Source: Ophelia neglecta (Eukaryota). From it: a stretch of 64,000 nucleotides of DNA. The translations under genes and the position numbers were made by a program. Positions 41,338-53,510 of the stretch are shown here, piece by piece. The stretch covers positions 43,028,001 to 43,092,000 of the forward strand of contig OZ260666.1 in assembly GCA_965285935.1 (NCBI GenBank), given 5' to 3'. The notes under the pieces were generated by a model. It saw only the letters and a program-made list of their open reading frames with translations. It made no database searches and had not been told where the DNA came from. How positions within the stretch are numbered: the first letter of the stretch is position 1; each line of letters begins with the position of its first letter.

Positions 41338-44197
41338 GTGAGTAAAGTTTTATGATAACTTTATATGGCTTGCAATGAGTAACATCATCATATCTTGTCA
41401 TGATTTCTCCAGAGAAGAAATAAGCTCCATCAATTTAAAATTATTACATAGACATGAAGAAATGCAGTTTGCCTATTAAAATAACAATCAAAGTGTGTCT
41501 AATATTTAATGTTGATGTCAATTGGTTCCGTATTCTGCAGATACATTATACATGTATATGTACTTGTAAGAGTGTGAATGTGTTTGTCCATCTCGTATTT
41601 TATTGTGACAGTCTTGAAATTCAGTTTCAACTGTTTTCAACTAAAACATATATTTCAGTCATATCAGCCTGTTTTACACAATATACATGTTTGTATGCGG
41701 GCGGTAGTTTATCATAGTATGATGTAGAATGGTAGTTTCTCTTGAAGCTATGAAGTGGCTGGTATAGGAATGTGTGCTAAGGCCCCAAGCTGGGTGGGTG
41801 TCATAGGGAAATGTCAAGTTAAAATTATTACTGGTAGTAAGACCATTCATATTACATCTCTCAAAAAGATCTGCTCTCTACAGGCCCTTATAAAACACTC
41901 TTTAATGTCCTCACAAGTTATAAGATTTTCCAGTATTGAATCAAGAGAATGCATTCCAATCTTAGTGTCGGGTTACGTTTAATTGCCCCCCTGTAGATGG
42001 AAGCCGACAAGCCACTGAATGAGGAACAAATCAAAAGAGTCATTTTTAAAGCTCAATTCTTTTGCCAGGGTTATATGCAGGTGTAATAAGTTTATTTGCA
42101 GAAAATTTGCAGAAAACCAGCCTTATATTCTTGGGCCTTTTTTCTCTGACTTTACATATGATTTTCTTTGGCTTCAGCTTGTCTTTCATCTGGCCTTAAA
42201 TCTAGTGGGCATGACCTGTTTAAGGCGAGTTTATCTCTTAAAACAATGTCAACTATCTTTGATCATGATTTAGTAAGAAGGTATTTAAGATTAAAAAAAG
42301 ATTAAAAAAACATGTTTGTGGAAAACCAATTTGTGTCATTACATGATTATGTAACAGTGTTGTCTTGAAAACTAATTCAAGAAGGTAGTTATTTGTTATT
42401 GAAATATTATCATTCTTGCATCCTAGTACAGATGCCAATTGTGCACAGTCTGTTTTTAAAATGAGGTTGAGTAATTTTATACATTGTATAACTATATTAT
42501 AAGGTCAATTGAGATGTGTTTCTGAACTGATATCTAAAAAAAAAAAGTTACTTCTTTATTAAAACTTCATACATACACTGCAGCAGAGCTAATGTCTGGG
42601 TACAGGTTATTGAGTGGTAAAAAAAAGTTGCTCAGAAACTACTTAAGATATTATTCTTATTGCGGGTCTTTTTTGCTAACCTATGTAATATATGCCCTTG
42701 TGCCTGTAATTAGTCTTGACACTTTAATATACAATTAATCAATCAATAATACTTCAAGGTTATATTGTTGATCAAGTGAAAACCATCAAGTGGACTTTTT
42801 TTTTATAAGCAGCCAAACCCAAGGTACAAGTATGTCTGCATGTCTGTGTAGTCCAATATTCATTGACAATGCTATAAATATTTTGATTTTATTTTCAAAG
42901 TGAATGTGCAAAGATGAAAGGAGAGGGAAAAAAGTGAACATTTATCATACTGTTAGAGGGAGAGGGGGAAGGGTCAAGCTCCTTTACTGACGTATTGCCT
43001 GGTTTCAAATATATTTTCATTCTTATCTGAATTTTGTGTAAAGTGATTATACTTGTAATAGTATAAATCATCAAGTTGTAAATAAAATGTGATTATCACT
43101 TCAGCCATATACAGTTGTTTGGTGCAGGTTTTTTGAAGATGTGTTTCTTTTGAACTAAGGCTATTAATTTCATGGGCAAAGTTTTCCCAGTTTCATTTGA
43201 AGAGTAGTTAGGATTTCCTACCTGAGTGGTTATATTATGTTTTCCTAGCTGACCACTTGAGACTTGAGGTCCTTTTAGTGACAAATCACTCTGGGCTGAC
43301 CTCTCTGTACTGATGTCTAAACCCTTATCATGCATCACAGATTCTCAGCCTATACCAAATGTGGTGGCAGAGCAGAGTTGTTGTTGCCCTAGGGCTGATT
43401 ACCCCTTCTTACTAGGTCCCAATAGGTTGTCATGGCAACTGGTACATTGTAAAAAGGTTATAAAAGTGGTTGATAGTGTTGTTTGGCCCATATAAGGTTT
43501 TATAGAGGGGGTGGGGATTCTTGCCACTGACATTTTAGGTCAAGACTTCTTTCTGCTTGTCGGTGTGTTTGTGATAGTTCACTGGTTTGTGCTCAGAAAA
43601 CCCTGCAGGCCCATGCCAATACTGACTGGTCAAGTTTATGTTTATATGATGTAAGGTAAGATGATGTGAGAATGAAATTCTCTCAATTAATTAATTTTGT
43701 TTCTTACTTTTACTTTGTGTAGTCACCTACTTGATACCCTGGTTTGTGTGTATAACAAAAACATAGTTTGTGAGGAGCGGTTATTTTCTACACTACTTGG
43801 CAATAGGATGGGAATTTGTTTAGATACTACTATAGCAGAAAGCTGTGGGATTTTCTTCTCACCTTGCTGTCCTGTGCTGAATCTTGACAAATACCACATG
43901 CCAGTCTAACCATCTGAAGTTAGGTTTTAGGTGCTACAAACCTGTTAAACTTGACTTCGAATGCCTGGAAGGGTTTAAAGTTATACCTGGAATTTGGAGA
44001 AAAGAATTAAACATTTTTTACCATCAGACTTTTATTACCAGTTCATAGGAAAGCCATTAAATGTGTCCCAGTCTCTTGATCTTTCCAGTGTAATTGACTC
44101 TTTTGGTAGGGGTATTAAAGTTGATATGTAACCTAGCAGTTTGACTATTAATTCTAACATAGGGCATCAAAGCTTTTTAATAATAAAGAGCTCTGAC

Positions 44198-44227
44198 AAA
44201 AAAAAAAGAAAAAAAAAAAAAAAAAAA
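44198..44227 (+). repeat. Poly(A) tract A10-G-A19
   Basis: Directly visible; AATAAA at 44182-44187 just upstream. Confidence 0.95.
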
Positions 44228-45479
44228 GGAGTTTACAGTGACAGTCTGTGGTTTCTGGAGTAGTCCTCTGGAAACTCACCTGAAAAAGTCATCTATTATA
44301 TTTATTGGTTTGATCTAAGGCAATATTCAAAAAACAAAATTAACACCTGTAATTTTACATACGCTGTTTGATACTGTAGCTGTTCTAGGAACTCTTACCG
44401 GACCCATACTGATGTTGTCATTTGTCTAAGCTGCCTTATTCTTTCACAGTTCTCAGAGTCTGAAAATATCCTAATAAATAACCAAAGGATTAAGATCACA
44501 TACCGAGCTCTTGGAGTGATAATCTTGGAGAAGTTCAGAATCAATCACTCATGGCGTGTTGTGGAATATGGCTGTGTTATCAAAGGCAGAGCTTGACCTC
44601 TCTCACAGGCCTGCCAGAGCAGCCACGGCATAGGCAGGAGAAAGGGTCAATGGGAGAGGGAGGGATCAACATACATGTCTTTATGAGGGGGAGCAGAACA
44701 TCTGTTCTTAGCAATGCATAGAGATTTGGTCAATCTGAAATATTTAACATGTACATGTAACTAAGACACTTGATAGGCAGATTGGAAGACTTCACCAACC
44801 CAGTAGATACACCGGTTTTGTATCAGTTTAAGAAAAACAAATAACACCTATATTATATAAAATGTATGTAGTATATAGGGGATTTTATATAGTATTGGCT
44901 TTTATTTCTCTACTCCCCTGATACAAGAACTTGTGAGTAGATATTATGGTGATTTTATTTCTGTTCTCCCAAGATTGAACTTGGATGGCTTGCAATCACA
45001 GTAGTTTATCCTGAAGTGGATTCTGTCTGTCAGGAATAGGGGCTGGTGTTTGTTGGGGGGGGGGGGGGGTGCTGGAGGGGGGAGGGGTAAGAGGCCTGAA
45101 GGGATTAAGTTAGGTCTGTTTAGACAATATGCATGGTGATATTTACCAGAGTGTTATAAATAATCTTGTCATTGCTATGAATCAGGAGGCTGAACATAAA
45201 CATAGTCAGTACACTTGTGACTGGGCCCTTCCCTGATTTGTAAAATACTCTGATTGGGTATATTCAATTTTCTAGGATATTCCTGGAGGTACTGATAATC
45301 TCTGCTCATTCCTGGCCAGTGGTGTACTGGTGAGGCCCTGTTATCTGTATATGGAGATTGTTTAGGTGTAGTTTGTATGTTTGTTGACATCTGGTTTTGG
45401 TTGAATTGTGTAGGTTGATAATGGATCCCCTGACTCTCCATCTGGAGCTGTACCTACAACTCTCCTAGCCAGTCTCCTT

Positions 45480-45515
45480 GGCCCTCCTGGCCCCTCCTGG
45501 CCCTCCTGGCCTCCC
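45480..45515. repeat. (GGCCCTCCT)n short repeat
   Basis: Three to four imperfect copies. Confidence 0.8.
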
Positions 45516-46038
45516 AGCTCACTAGGCTCACTAACTGGCAGCTTTCACTCTCTGAAAACACCTGGAGAACATAAGGCAACATGCTGCTCTGAAATTGATG
45601 AGAACTCACTCTCAGGAAAATATGAAACATTAAAAAGAAATTGTTAAACCTTGAAATAGAAAAACTACACTTCTCAACCAGTGAATTAATCACTTAATGA
45701 AAACATGAATGTTCATCCCTGCCCATTTAAACCTGTTTGTGGTTAATACAAAACCATAACTTATTGCCTCTCACTAGTAAACTTGCCAGTGCCTTAATTC
45801 TTGGCAGTTCATGTACCTAGCAGCCCCCCTGCCTTCTCAGCCAGGAATTAAGAGCTGGTTTGTATCCTCTGAGTCTGACAAGTGATTGTCTTCAGGGGAG
45901 TGGAGCTGCCTTCTTGGGCTGTGGATACCTCCCACTCAGTACAGTCACCGTCTCTCTCAGGATCCACTTGGGTCGCCTCTTCTCTCAGATTCATGACAGT
46001 ATGCCTTGGATTACCTGCTGAACCAAAGAGAATTCACA

Positions 46039-46164
46039 ATGCCAGTGTTTACCACTTCCACTCATGGTCCCGTGATGCAGTATTTGTCAGTGAAGTCGAT
46101 AGCCAAGCCAAAACCACCGAAGCCCAAAGCACCAACACCCCCTCCTCGAAGACGAAGGGGCCAT
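46039..46164 (+). CDS. Probable alternative first/internal exon MPVFTTSTHGPVMQYLSVKSIAKPKPPKPKAPTPPPRRRRGH
   Basis: In-frame stop at 45994 upstream of the ATG; donor CAT|GTAAGT in phase 0; Pro and Arg runs use mixed synonymous codons (cca/ccg/ccc/cct; cga/aga/agg), which suggests selection on the protein; possible acceptor TCTTCTCTCAG| ending at 45988. Confidence 0.6.
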
Positions 46165-47028
46165 GTAAGTTTATTAACACCTCTCACATGTATTAAAACC
46201 ATAAGAGTTCTGCGTGGAGATATGAATGTTCAGCAGAATAGCGAATGTTCAGCAAAATTGCATCAATAGAATTGTGATGAATAGGCTTTAATGTATTACC
46301 GGTAACTTTTAAGTCACACAAAAAGTTGGCATACAGTTGAGTCAGTCACTGACAATGTTTTGCAATTTAAGATTCTTCATGTGAAACAGACAGGATAGCA
46401 CTTGATTGTGCTATGGGGATTGACAGTCTGGTAAGAAAAGAAGGGTAGGCTTGTATTTATTTACATGCACCTGATTTGACCATTCAGTAAGTGGTTCACT
46501 CCTTTATTTATTTCCAAAGTAACCAAGCCTGGGCTTGTTTACAACATTTTATATGGAAAACCAAGTCCTTTTGGTGTCAGGTTTACACCTGTGACAGGTA
46601 CAAAAGAGTTGGCTTTAATTTGTCTCCAAATCTTGTAGCATTCATAATGTCCTTTTATAGCATAGCTGGGTAAACATTGAGTTTTACATAGAAAATTCAT
46701 TGTGAACATACAACTTGATTAAAATATAAATGTTTAGGTGAGATGTTGACTTAGTTGTAGGAGTTCTGTCTCCTTTTTACACCCAGCCGTTTAGGTTATC
46801 TTCATTCCACGTATGGTTAGATTCTAGTTTGTCTAGTTTGTTCCCTGGAGCTGAGTTGGTTTACCTACCTGTCATACAGGCTGTCTGCCTTTGATCTTTA
46901 TGAGTATGGTACTTGTCCTCCAGCTTATTTGTTGATTTCGAGTCAAGAGGTCAGTAAATTTATGTTCTTAACAGTTTTAGCCTTGTTTTGAATATTTCCC
47001 ATTTGGTTCACACACATATTTGTTACAG

Positions 47029-47071
47029 TTGATTTGCACCATACCTGTGTGAATGGAGTTAGGCCAGAAGG
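47029..47071 (+). CDS. Candidate micro-exon (xDLHHTCVNGVRPEG)
   Basis: TTTGTTACAG| acceptor and GG|GTAAGA donor; this reading is phase 1 in and phase 2 out, while the phase-0 reading stops. No homology recognised. Confidence 0.3.
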
Positions 47072-48082
47072 GTAAGATATTTCACTTATTGCTTCATTGA
47101 TATTATTGACTTTGCTTTTATCTTCATACCTTTTACTTATAAAAAAGCACCCTTCATTATGCCTTGAAGTTTTATTTTAAGAAGTAAGTTGGTATCAAAA
47201 TTTACTCATCATAAAACATTTATACAGAACTCAGTGGGATCACGTAGAAATTGTCTTGGGAGGTTCAAGCTTCATGTCATGATTTGAAGTGCTGACTATA
47301 TTAAGATTTGAGTATTTGTTTATAAAGAGACCATGGCCCTGGTAAGGACATGATGGCACACCTCTGTAATCTACCTTTAAATGTTAATGTTGATATAGAA
47401 GAATATAGTCCTAGTACAGGACACAGTGACACCTCGGTAGACTACCGTTGAATGTTACTTAGTGGTCTGATATAGTGGCAGTCTGACATCTACCTGTAGG
47501 ACATGTTGCTTTAACATGATTTGTTTGTTTACTTGTGATGTGGTCATTTGAGGGCAGGCTAGGTAAGCTGTGTATAGTTAGTTATTAGAACAGCCATGAT
47601 CACTGACTCCTCAACCACCCCTTAACTCTAAACACTCTCCTACAGTGACTAGATCTGATCAGGTAAAAATAGGAAACAGTGAACTTGGCTGTACCTCAGA
47701 CTATGAGGTGGGCTCCTCAGGGTGTCAGCAAATCATTTATCTCTCCAGATGTGGGATAGAATTTGTTATAAATTTGATAAAGTATATACATGTATAGTTA
47801 TTGGTGACATTGGTGCTGGTACTTAATGTGCATGGGCCACAGGCTAAATATTTATGTTCCCTTTTAATACTTAATTAGTTAGGCAACAGTTCTCTTATTG
47901 TATTAAAGGCATACAGAGATATATTTATGACAAATACAATGACTAGAAATGTTTAAATTGAACATAATCATTACATGCAATATATGTAAGAAAAATGCTT
48001 ACATTATACTATATCTAATACTACTACAGTGAGCATACAATGTGTAATGGATACTACTTTGCCTGGGTCTTGTGTCTGCCAG

Positions 48083-48119
48083 ATGAGTGGACAAGCCTGC
48101 TGTGTTGACATGGCTGATG
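48083..48119 (+). CDS. Candidate micro-exon MSGQACCVDMAD
   Basis: TCTTGTGTCTGCCAG| acceptor, ATG|GTAAGC donor; phase 0 in, phase 1 out. May be a pseudo-exon. Confidence 0.2.
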
Positions 48120-49281
48120 GTAAGCAACTACAGTAATCAGCATCATTTACCTCAGTTGACTTACCTTACTTGACAGACTCCTGTCTGGCCCTCCTTCAGT
48201 GTTACATCAGGAGACTGCACTAAACCCTGCACCCTGTCTGGAACACAGAATCAACTGTCTCTACTGAAAAGTCTTACACTAAATTAGGCCACATTTTACA
48301 CTTTTTATGAGTGGATACATTTTCCAAAAATTCTTTTGCCTGTGCTTCCAACCAGATGCTTCTTGATCAGGATATTTGCTTCTTCCTTATATTTTCACTA
48401 TAGGTAATTTGATTGTAGGTTGTGATTTTAATTAGTTTTGATTGTGTTAGTGGTGTTGACAGGAGACTCAGGTGTATTGTCTGTTAGCATGACTCACCAT
48501 GTTAAGTTACCTGCTGAGCTCACAAAGCCTAATCCTCTCTCCTGCTGGCATCACCAGCAGAATTATAGAAAAAACCTACAGAAAAAACCCTGAGTTCTGA
48601 CACATGAGAGCGATGTATTAGCTGAGAACAAGATTTTATGATAGGTGTGTGTGTGTGGGAGCTGAGGCCCCATGAGAGGTTATCAATAAGATATGATGTC
48701 TGTTACCTCAATGGTAATGTTATAACCCTCTCAGTCTACCACTATCTATACATGTTGGCAATTATTAAAGTAAAAAATGATAGGATTAGATTCATAAACC
48801 CTTTAGTGCTTCTGACAGACTATTACGTTCTGAACATAGCAGCGTATCAGCTAACAGCTAACTCAGTAGTGGACAAGGTTAACTAACTAGAACACAGAAC
48901 TTGGCTGTGTGAAAAAACATCAATCTTTTTAACTGTACACTGGGTGATTTAAAGTTTTATAAGATTTCCAAAAAGCTGTGTTCTTCCTGTTTGCAATTAT
49001 GCTTTAGTTACTGTATAATCTGGCATCGAGTCTCAGATAATAGGCTGGCAGGGATGTCGGTAGAATTGATTGCATGCCTTGAATGCAGCTTTCTAGTGTT
49101 TACCTTGTATAAAACCAGTTAGTTTTTGCCTGTTGGCGTGGGGTAAGTGGCTGAGGCTTGTGTATGGTTACACAGTCTGGGGGTAGTTAGGGGCATGGTG
49201 TAATGTTAGGTGTGTACAGACAGCCAGTCTCTCTGTACATCTCACCCACAAGCCTTATATACTACAGTTAAGTCAGAACAT

Positions 49282-49336
49282 ACATCACCCACCCATCAAA
49301 CAGACAGCACATCACCCACCCATCAAACAGACAGCA
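49282..49336. repeat. 27-bp tandem duplication
   Basis: ACATCACCCACCCATCAAACAGACAGC x2. Confidence 0.95.
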
Positions 49337-51430
49337 TGGCCTGCCAGAGAAGCAGCAGTATCTCATGTGGTCAGGCAGCTTGGAATGTGTAGCTGCTATC
49401 TTTAATGAATTTTTAAATATATTAATATGATGGATATTTTCATTTTCATTGGTAAACTGTTTTACTCAGATGAAAGCTGGTTAACAAATCTACCCTGTCA
49501 CATGTAGATCACAGCCAATTAAGGAATAATTGTTTTGGTTGTCATGGTTACCTTGGAATGATTACCATAACAACACATGTCAAGGACAGTGGAACAAAAG
49601 CCTTGTGATAATGGTCAGTTCAGGGTCAGGTGTATCCAAAGGAGATATATAAATATATACATACAGAAATATATATATATACATGGGTTATGGTTGGTTG
49701 CTAAGTTATTATAGTAAAGATACATGATGTACAGCTCTCCTATAAAAACAGTCACATGTATATGATATAAGTGTAGTCATGGTATGAATGATGTATGAGG
49801 GCACCTTCAGATACTGGCTTGAGTCTTAAACCGTCAATTACAGAGTACCGTAGCTAGGTTGTCATATTGAATTCCATCCTAGTCATATACCTGTCTAGTT
49901 TTTAACTTGTTTATAATGGAGCCTTTGTTAGGCCAGTCAACAGAGTGCTGTCAGCATGTAACATGTTTTATTAAAGGTTAGAATATTTACACATCTGTAT
50001 TTGATAAAGTGCTGCAATGTATCTGAAAGACAGTGATATTAACATACAGCGACTGTTGTCAATGATATTAATTTGAAATCTTAGTTAGGGGGACATTAGT
50101 CACATGCAATTGTTCTTCCTCAAACTTCCTCAGTGCATTTCCAGTTCCAAAGTTTATGATTTTGCGGAGATAAATGGTGGTACATATATGTAGGTTAAAT
50201 AACACCAACAGTTATGACCTTGATCGATGAAGAAAGATTGCTTAGCACCTTGATGTTTGGACATACCTATAAAAATACAGTTAGAATCCTTAAATGTATT
50301 TGTCATTTCTGAGCAATCTGAGAAAGAACCCTTATATTAAAATATTAAAAAAATTGTTATGTATCTTCATGTGAAAATATTATCTGTTTAAATCATCTGA
50401 TGAATAAACAAGTGCAAGTGGATGAGTGTATAAAAACCAAGATGAATGTAACTGTATGTAAAACACTGAACCATAGCCCAAATAGAATAGGGTTTTATTA
50501 GATTGTTGAATGTGATTTGAAGAGGAATTTCCTGTGACAAGAGGGGTCATGTAATGTTTTCTTGTCAAGACACTGGTACTCTGTCCTTACTCACTGCCTC
50601 TATCTCCCTGTGGTTAGACCTGGTCTAGTTATGAAAGCAAGTATTGGGATGTGAAATGTCCATGTAAATGGCATCCCTCCAGGGTATGAATACATGACAA
50701 CATTCATACTTACATGCATAGATTCTGGGTCATTTCAGCATGGGTAATTAACACTGTTCAAGATTTAGACACTTGCACAGATACTAGTTAATTTTGCATA
50801 AATTTTCCCACCAAATCTCATTTTTCCCAGGCAAGTGCTTTAATGGATACCTGCAAATTGTGTAATTTATTAACATTTTGCTGTTAAATTCCTTTTGAAA
50901 TGGCAGCTGGTTTGATTTTTATGACCAGCCTAACTTTGACTTAATGTTAAACCACATTACTCTTTACATGTGTGATAGTAGTGAGCAATGAAAGGACTTG
51001 ATGCCAAGTTGGTAGCTTTTACATGTCACTGAACCGTGAAATATAGTTTATCTTTGTAACATCTGGTTATAAATACATTTATCTTTACTACAGAAAAGAC
51101 ATTTTTTGAGTTATGATACCAAAGCTCTATTATTAACAGATATTCTTATTTTTGGGGAAAATAGCAATAATTGGCTAATGGATATGTTAAGTTATTCTGC
51201 CACCTGTTTTAGAAGTATGTGGGTGCTGTCAACCATTAGAATTCAATGAAATTACAACCTGCTTATCCATACGCCTGGGCCACAACTATTCATGCATGGC
51301 CAGGAATGTGTATCATTAAATGCTAAAAAATGAGGTGTATTAAGGAATTCTACTGGCTAAGATAATTTGGGTGTTTTATGTATTGTGGAAGTGTTTGTGT
51401 GAGGTATAGAGTCCCCCCATTCCCCGTGCG

Positions 51431-51473
51431 ATGAGAGCTTGGTGGACTAACTCTGAGGGATACTTCCAGAATG
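51431..51473 (+). CDS. Candidate short first exon MRAWWTNSEGYFQN
   Basis: ATG-initiated frame ending at a strong donor ATG|GTAAGT (phase 1); nearby CpGs. No homology recognised. Confidence 0.2.
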
Positions 51474-53372
51474 GTAAGTGTACTAGGAGGATTCTGACCC
51501 CATATCCTAACTCCTGGCTGTCCCCTCTGAGAGATTTAAACAGCCGCCGACTGCCAGCAAGCAGTGGGGCAGCAATCAGCATCCCTCAAAATATCTCACA
51601 CTATTTTGATTTCATTAGTTTTTACCAGCTATGCAGCTTGGTGAATGGCACAGTGGCTGATCAGATCACACTCTCCGTGTTTTGCTTAATGCCACTGCTA
51701 AAATTTATGTGGACAAATATTTGGCTTTGAAAAATTGTTTTGCATTCATTTTATTATATAAGCAAGAATTTTTTTACATTTGATTCTTTTACTGGTGTAA
51801 TGAAGAGGTTTTACGGGGGATTGGTGTTGATTTAGTTTTTACAAACCCTTAGAATATCATCTGTCCATCTGTAGTTTGATCTGAATTCTTATAGATAATA
51901 TATGAGGATAAACTATAATACTTTTATATGAACATACTGTATAACATTTGAACTTACTTTGAACTATGTATCTTCTCTCTACATGCAATGCAAGTTCTTT
52001 TTATAAAAGAATGTATTACTGCAAAGGTTGCATTTGAATTGCTATGTTATGCGTATATTGAAATTAAAATGAAATACATATTTATAAAATAAATAAAGCC
52101 TCTCTCCTGGTTCAAGATTAGTAAAGAATTCTCTTTAAGTAGTATTAGTTGGGAAGTGGTCCAGCTGTTAGTGTTCTGTGAGTGGCTGGTATGGTACAAG
52201 TCAGCCAAGCTAGGCTCCCAGGTTATTGAGTTATAGGCAGACAGCAGACCTGACTACCAGTCAGTTAATTAAATTACCTGTCTTTTTTCGGGCATTGCTG
52301 TGTAAAGTCTTTTTGATCAGATTTATTCTGGTTGGGGAAATAAAACAATTTTACAGACATTAAATGTTTCTGGTATTTAGAAGTACCCAGCCAGACATGT
52401 GATTATGACTAAAACATCTGAATAAAAAGGCTTTTCTTCCATAGAACATCAGAGAAAATAGTCCAAGTTTGTTACTGACTCAAATATCTTCAGGCTTTCT
52501 CCAAATCCTCCAGATTGAAATTCAAGATGAAATGGCTCAGTTAAACAAACTACCATTCCTGGAAAGTTGTCTTTGCAATGTGTAGACTTATCATGGCCAA
52601 GGTTGCTGCCGTTTTTTAGATAAGTTTGTAGATCCAAGAATACTGTTAAACCCATGTTGTCCAAGGACAGGGAGAGCTGTGTATGACAGGATGTAGTATT
52701 GACTGAACACCCATCATTACTGGTTTGCATTATTCTCTGACATTTTCCTTCTACCATAATCCTCCATCTACCATCCTCCTGATAAGGAGATTCTCTGCAG
52801 TGATGCTCAGTGATAGTGCTGTTCAACAACAGGACTTCCATGAATTTAGCAACCAAGGCCAAGGGGCCCACGGGACTCTTTTAGCTACCAGTGTAGGAAC
52901 TCTGGCGCCTTTTTTGGGCGAGGCAGTTATTCTCAGGTCACACCTTATTCAGCCATACAGTTTAACTTACTGCCACAGATGCCAGAATTGTTGCCAGAAT
53001 TAAAAAATAACTGGAAATAGTGGATAATATGATCTATGGACATACATGTATATGTTAAAAACATTGTATGGTAAGGACATGGATGATTAAGAAGTGTTGT
53101 CATTGACTATAAAGATGATACGTGTGTCACCTGTTTTGGATATGTGGGAGTTATAGGGAATATGAGAGCAAGGGGCATGGATCAGCTGTGTAATATGTGT
53201 TGTCAATCAGAAGACAGGTGTCACCAGCAAGTAAGTCTCAAACTATGGTAGGGAAGGTGTATACCAATGTATTATAGTACAGTGCCATCATCATTTCTCT
53301 CATTTGTACTTTCTAAAGAAAAGTAGCTGTTCTCTGAACTGCTCTATTAAGGGGCAGTTCATTATTTATGCT

Positions 53373-53473
53373 GGGGGGGGGGGGGGGGGTACTGGATAAA
53401 AGTAGGGGTGGGGGGAATGTAACTTTCGCACTATCTGTGGTTAGGGGGAGGGGAGGTGGAGGGGGGGAGGGGT
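53373..53473 (+). other. G17 run and G-tract cluster (G-quadruplex-forming potential)
   Basis: G17 at 53373-53389, then GGGGTGGGGG and GGGGAGGGGAGGTGGAGGGGGGAGGGG. Confidence 0.7.
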
Positions 53474-53510
53474 TCATGGAAATTTCTTCTACTGCCTGTT
53501 TTGTCAGGAA

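Noticed and set aside
45460-45520. Collagen-like GPPGP coding potential
   Set aside because: Only 3-4 imperfect 9-bp units with a frame shift; no sustained Gly-X-Y.
47320-47380. Vague resemblance to termini of non-autonomous Helitron-like elements (also 31550-31600)
   Set aside because: No matching second end, internal copy or inverted repeat visible; needs a repeat-library search.
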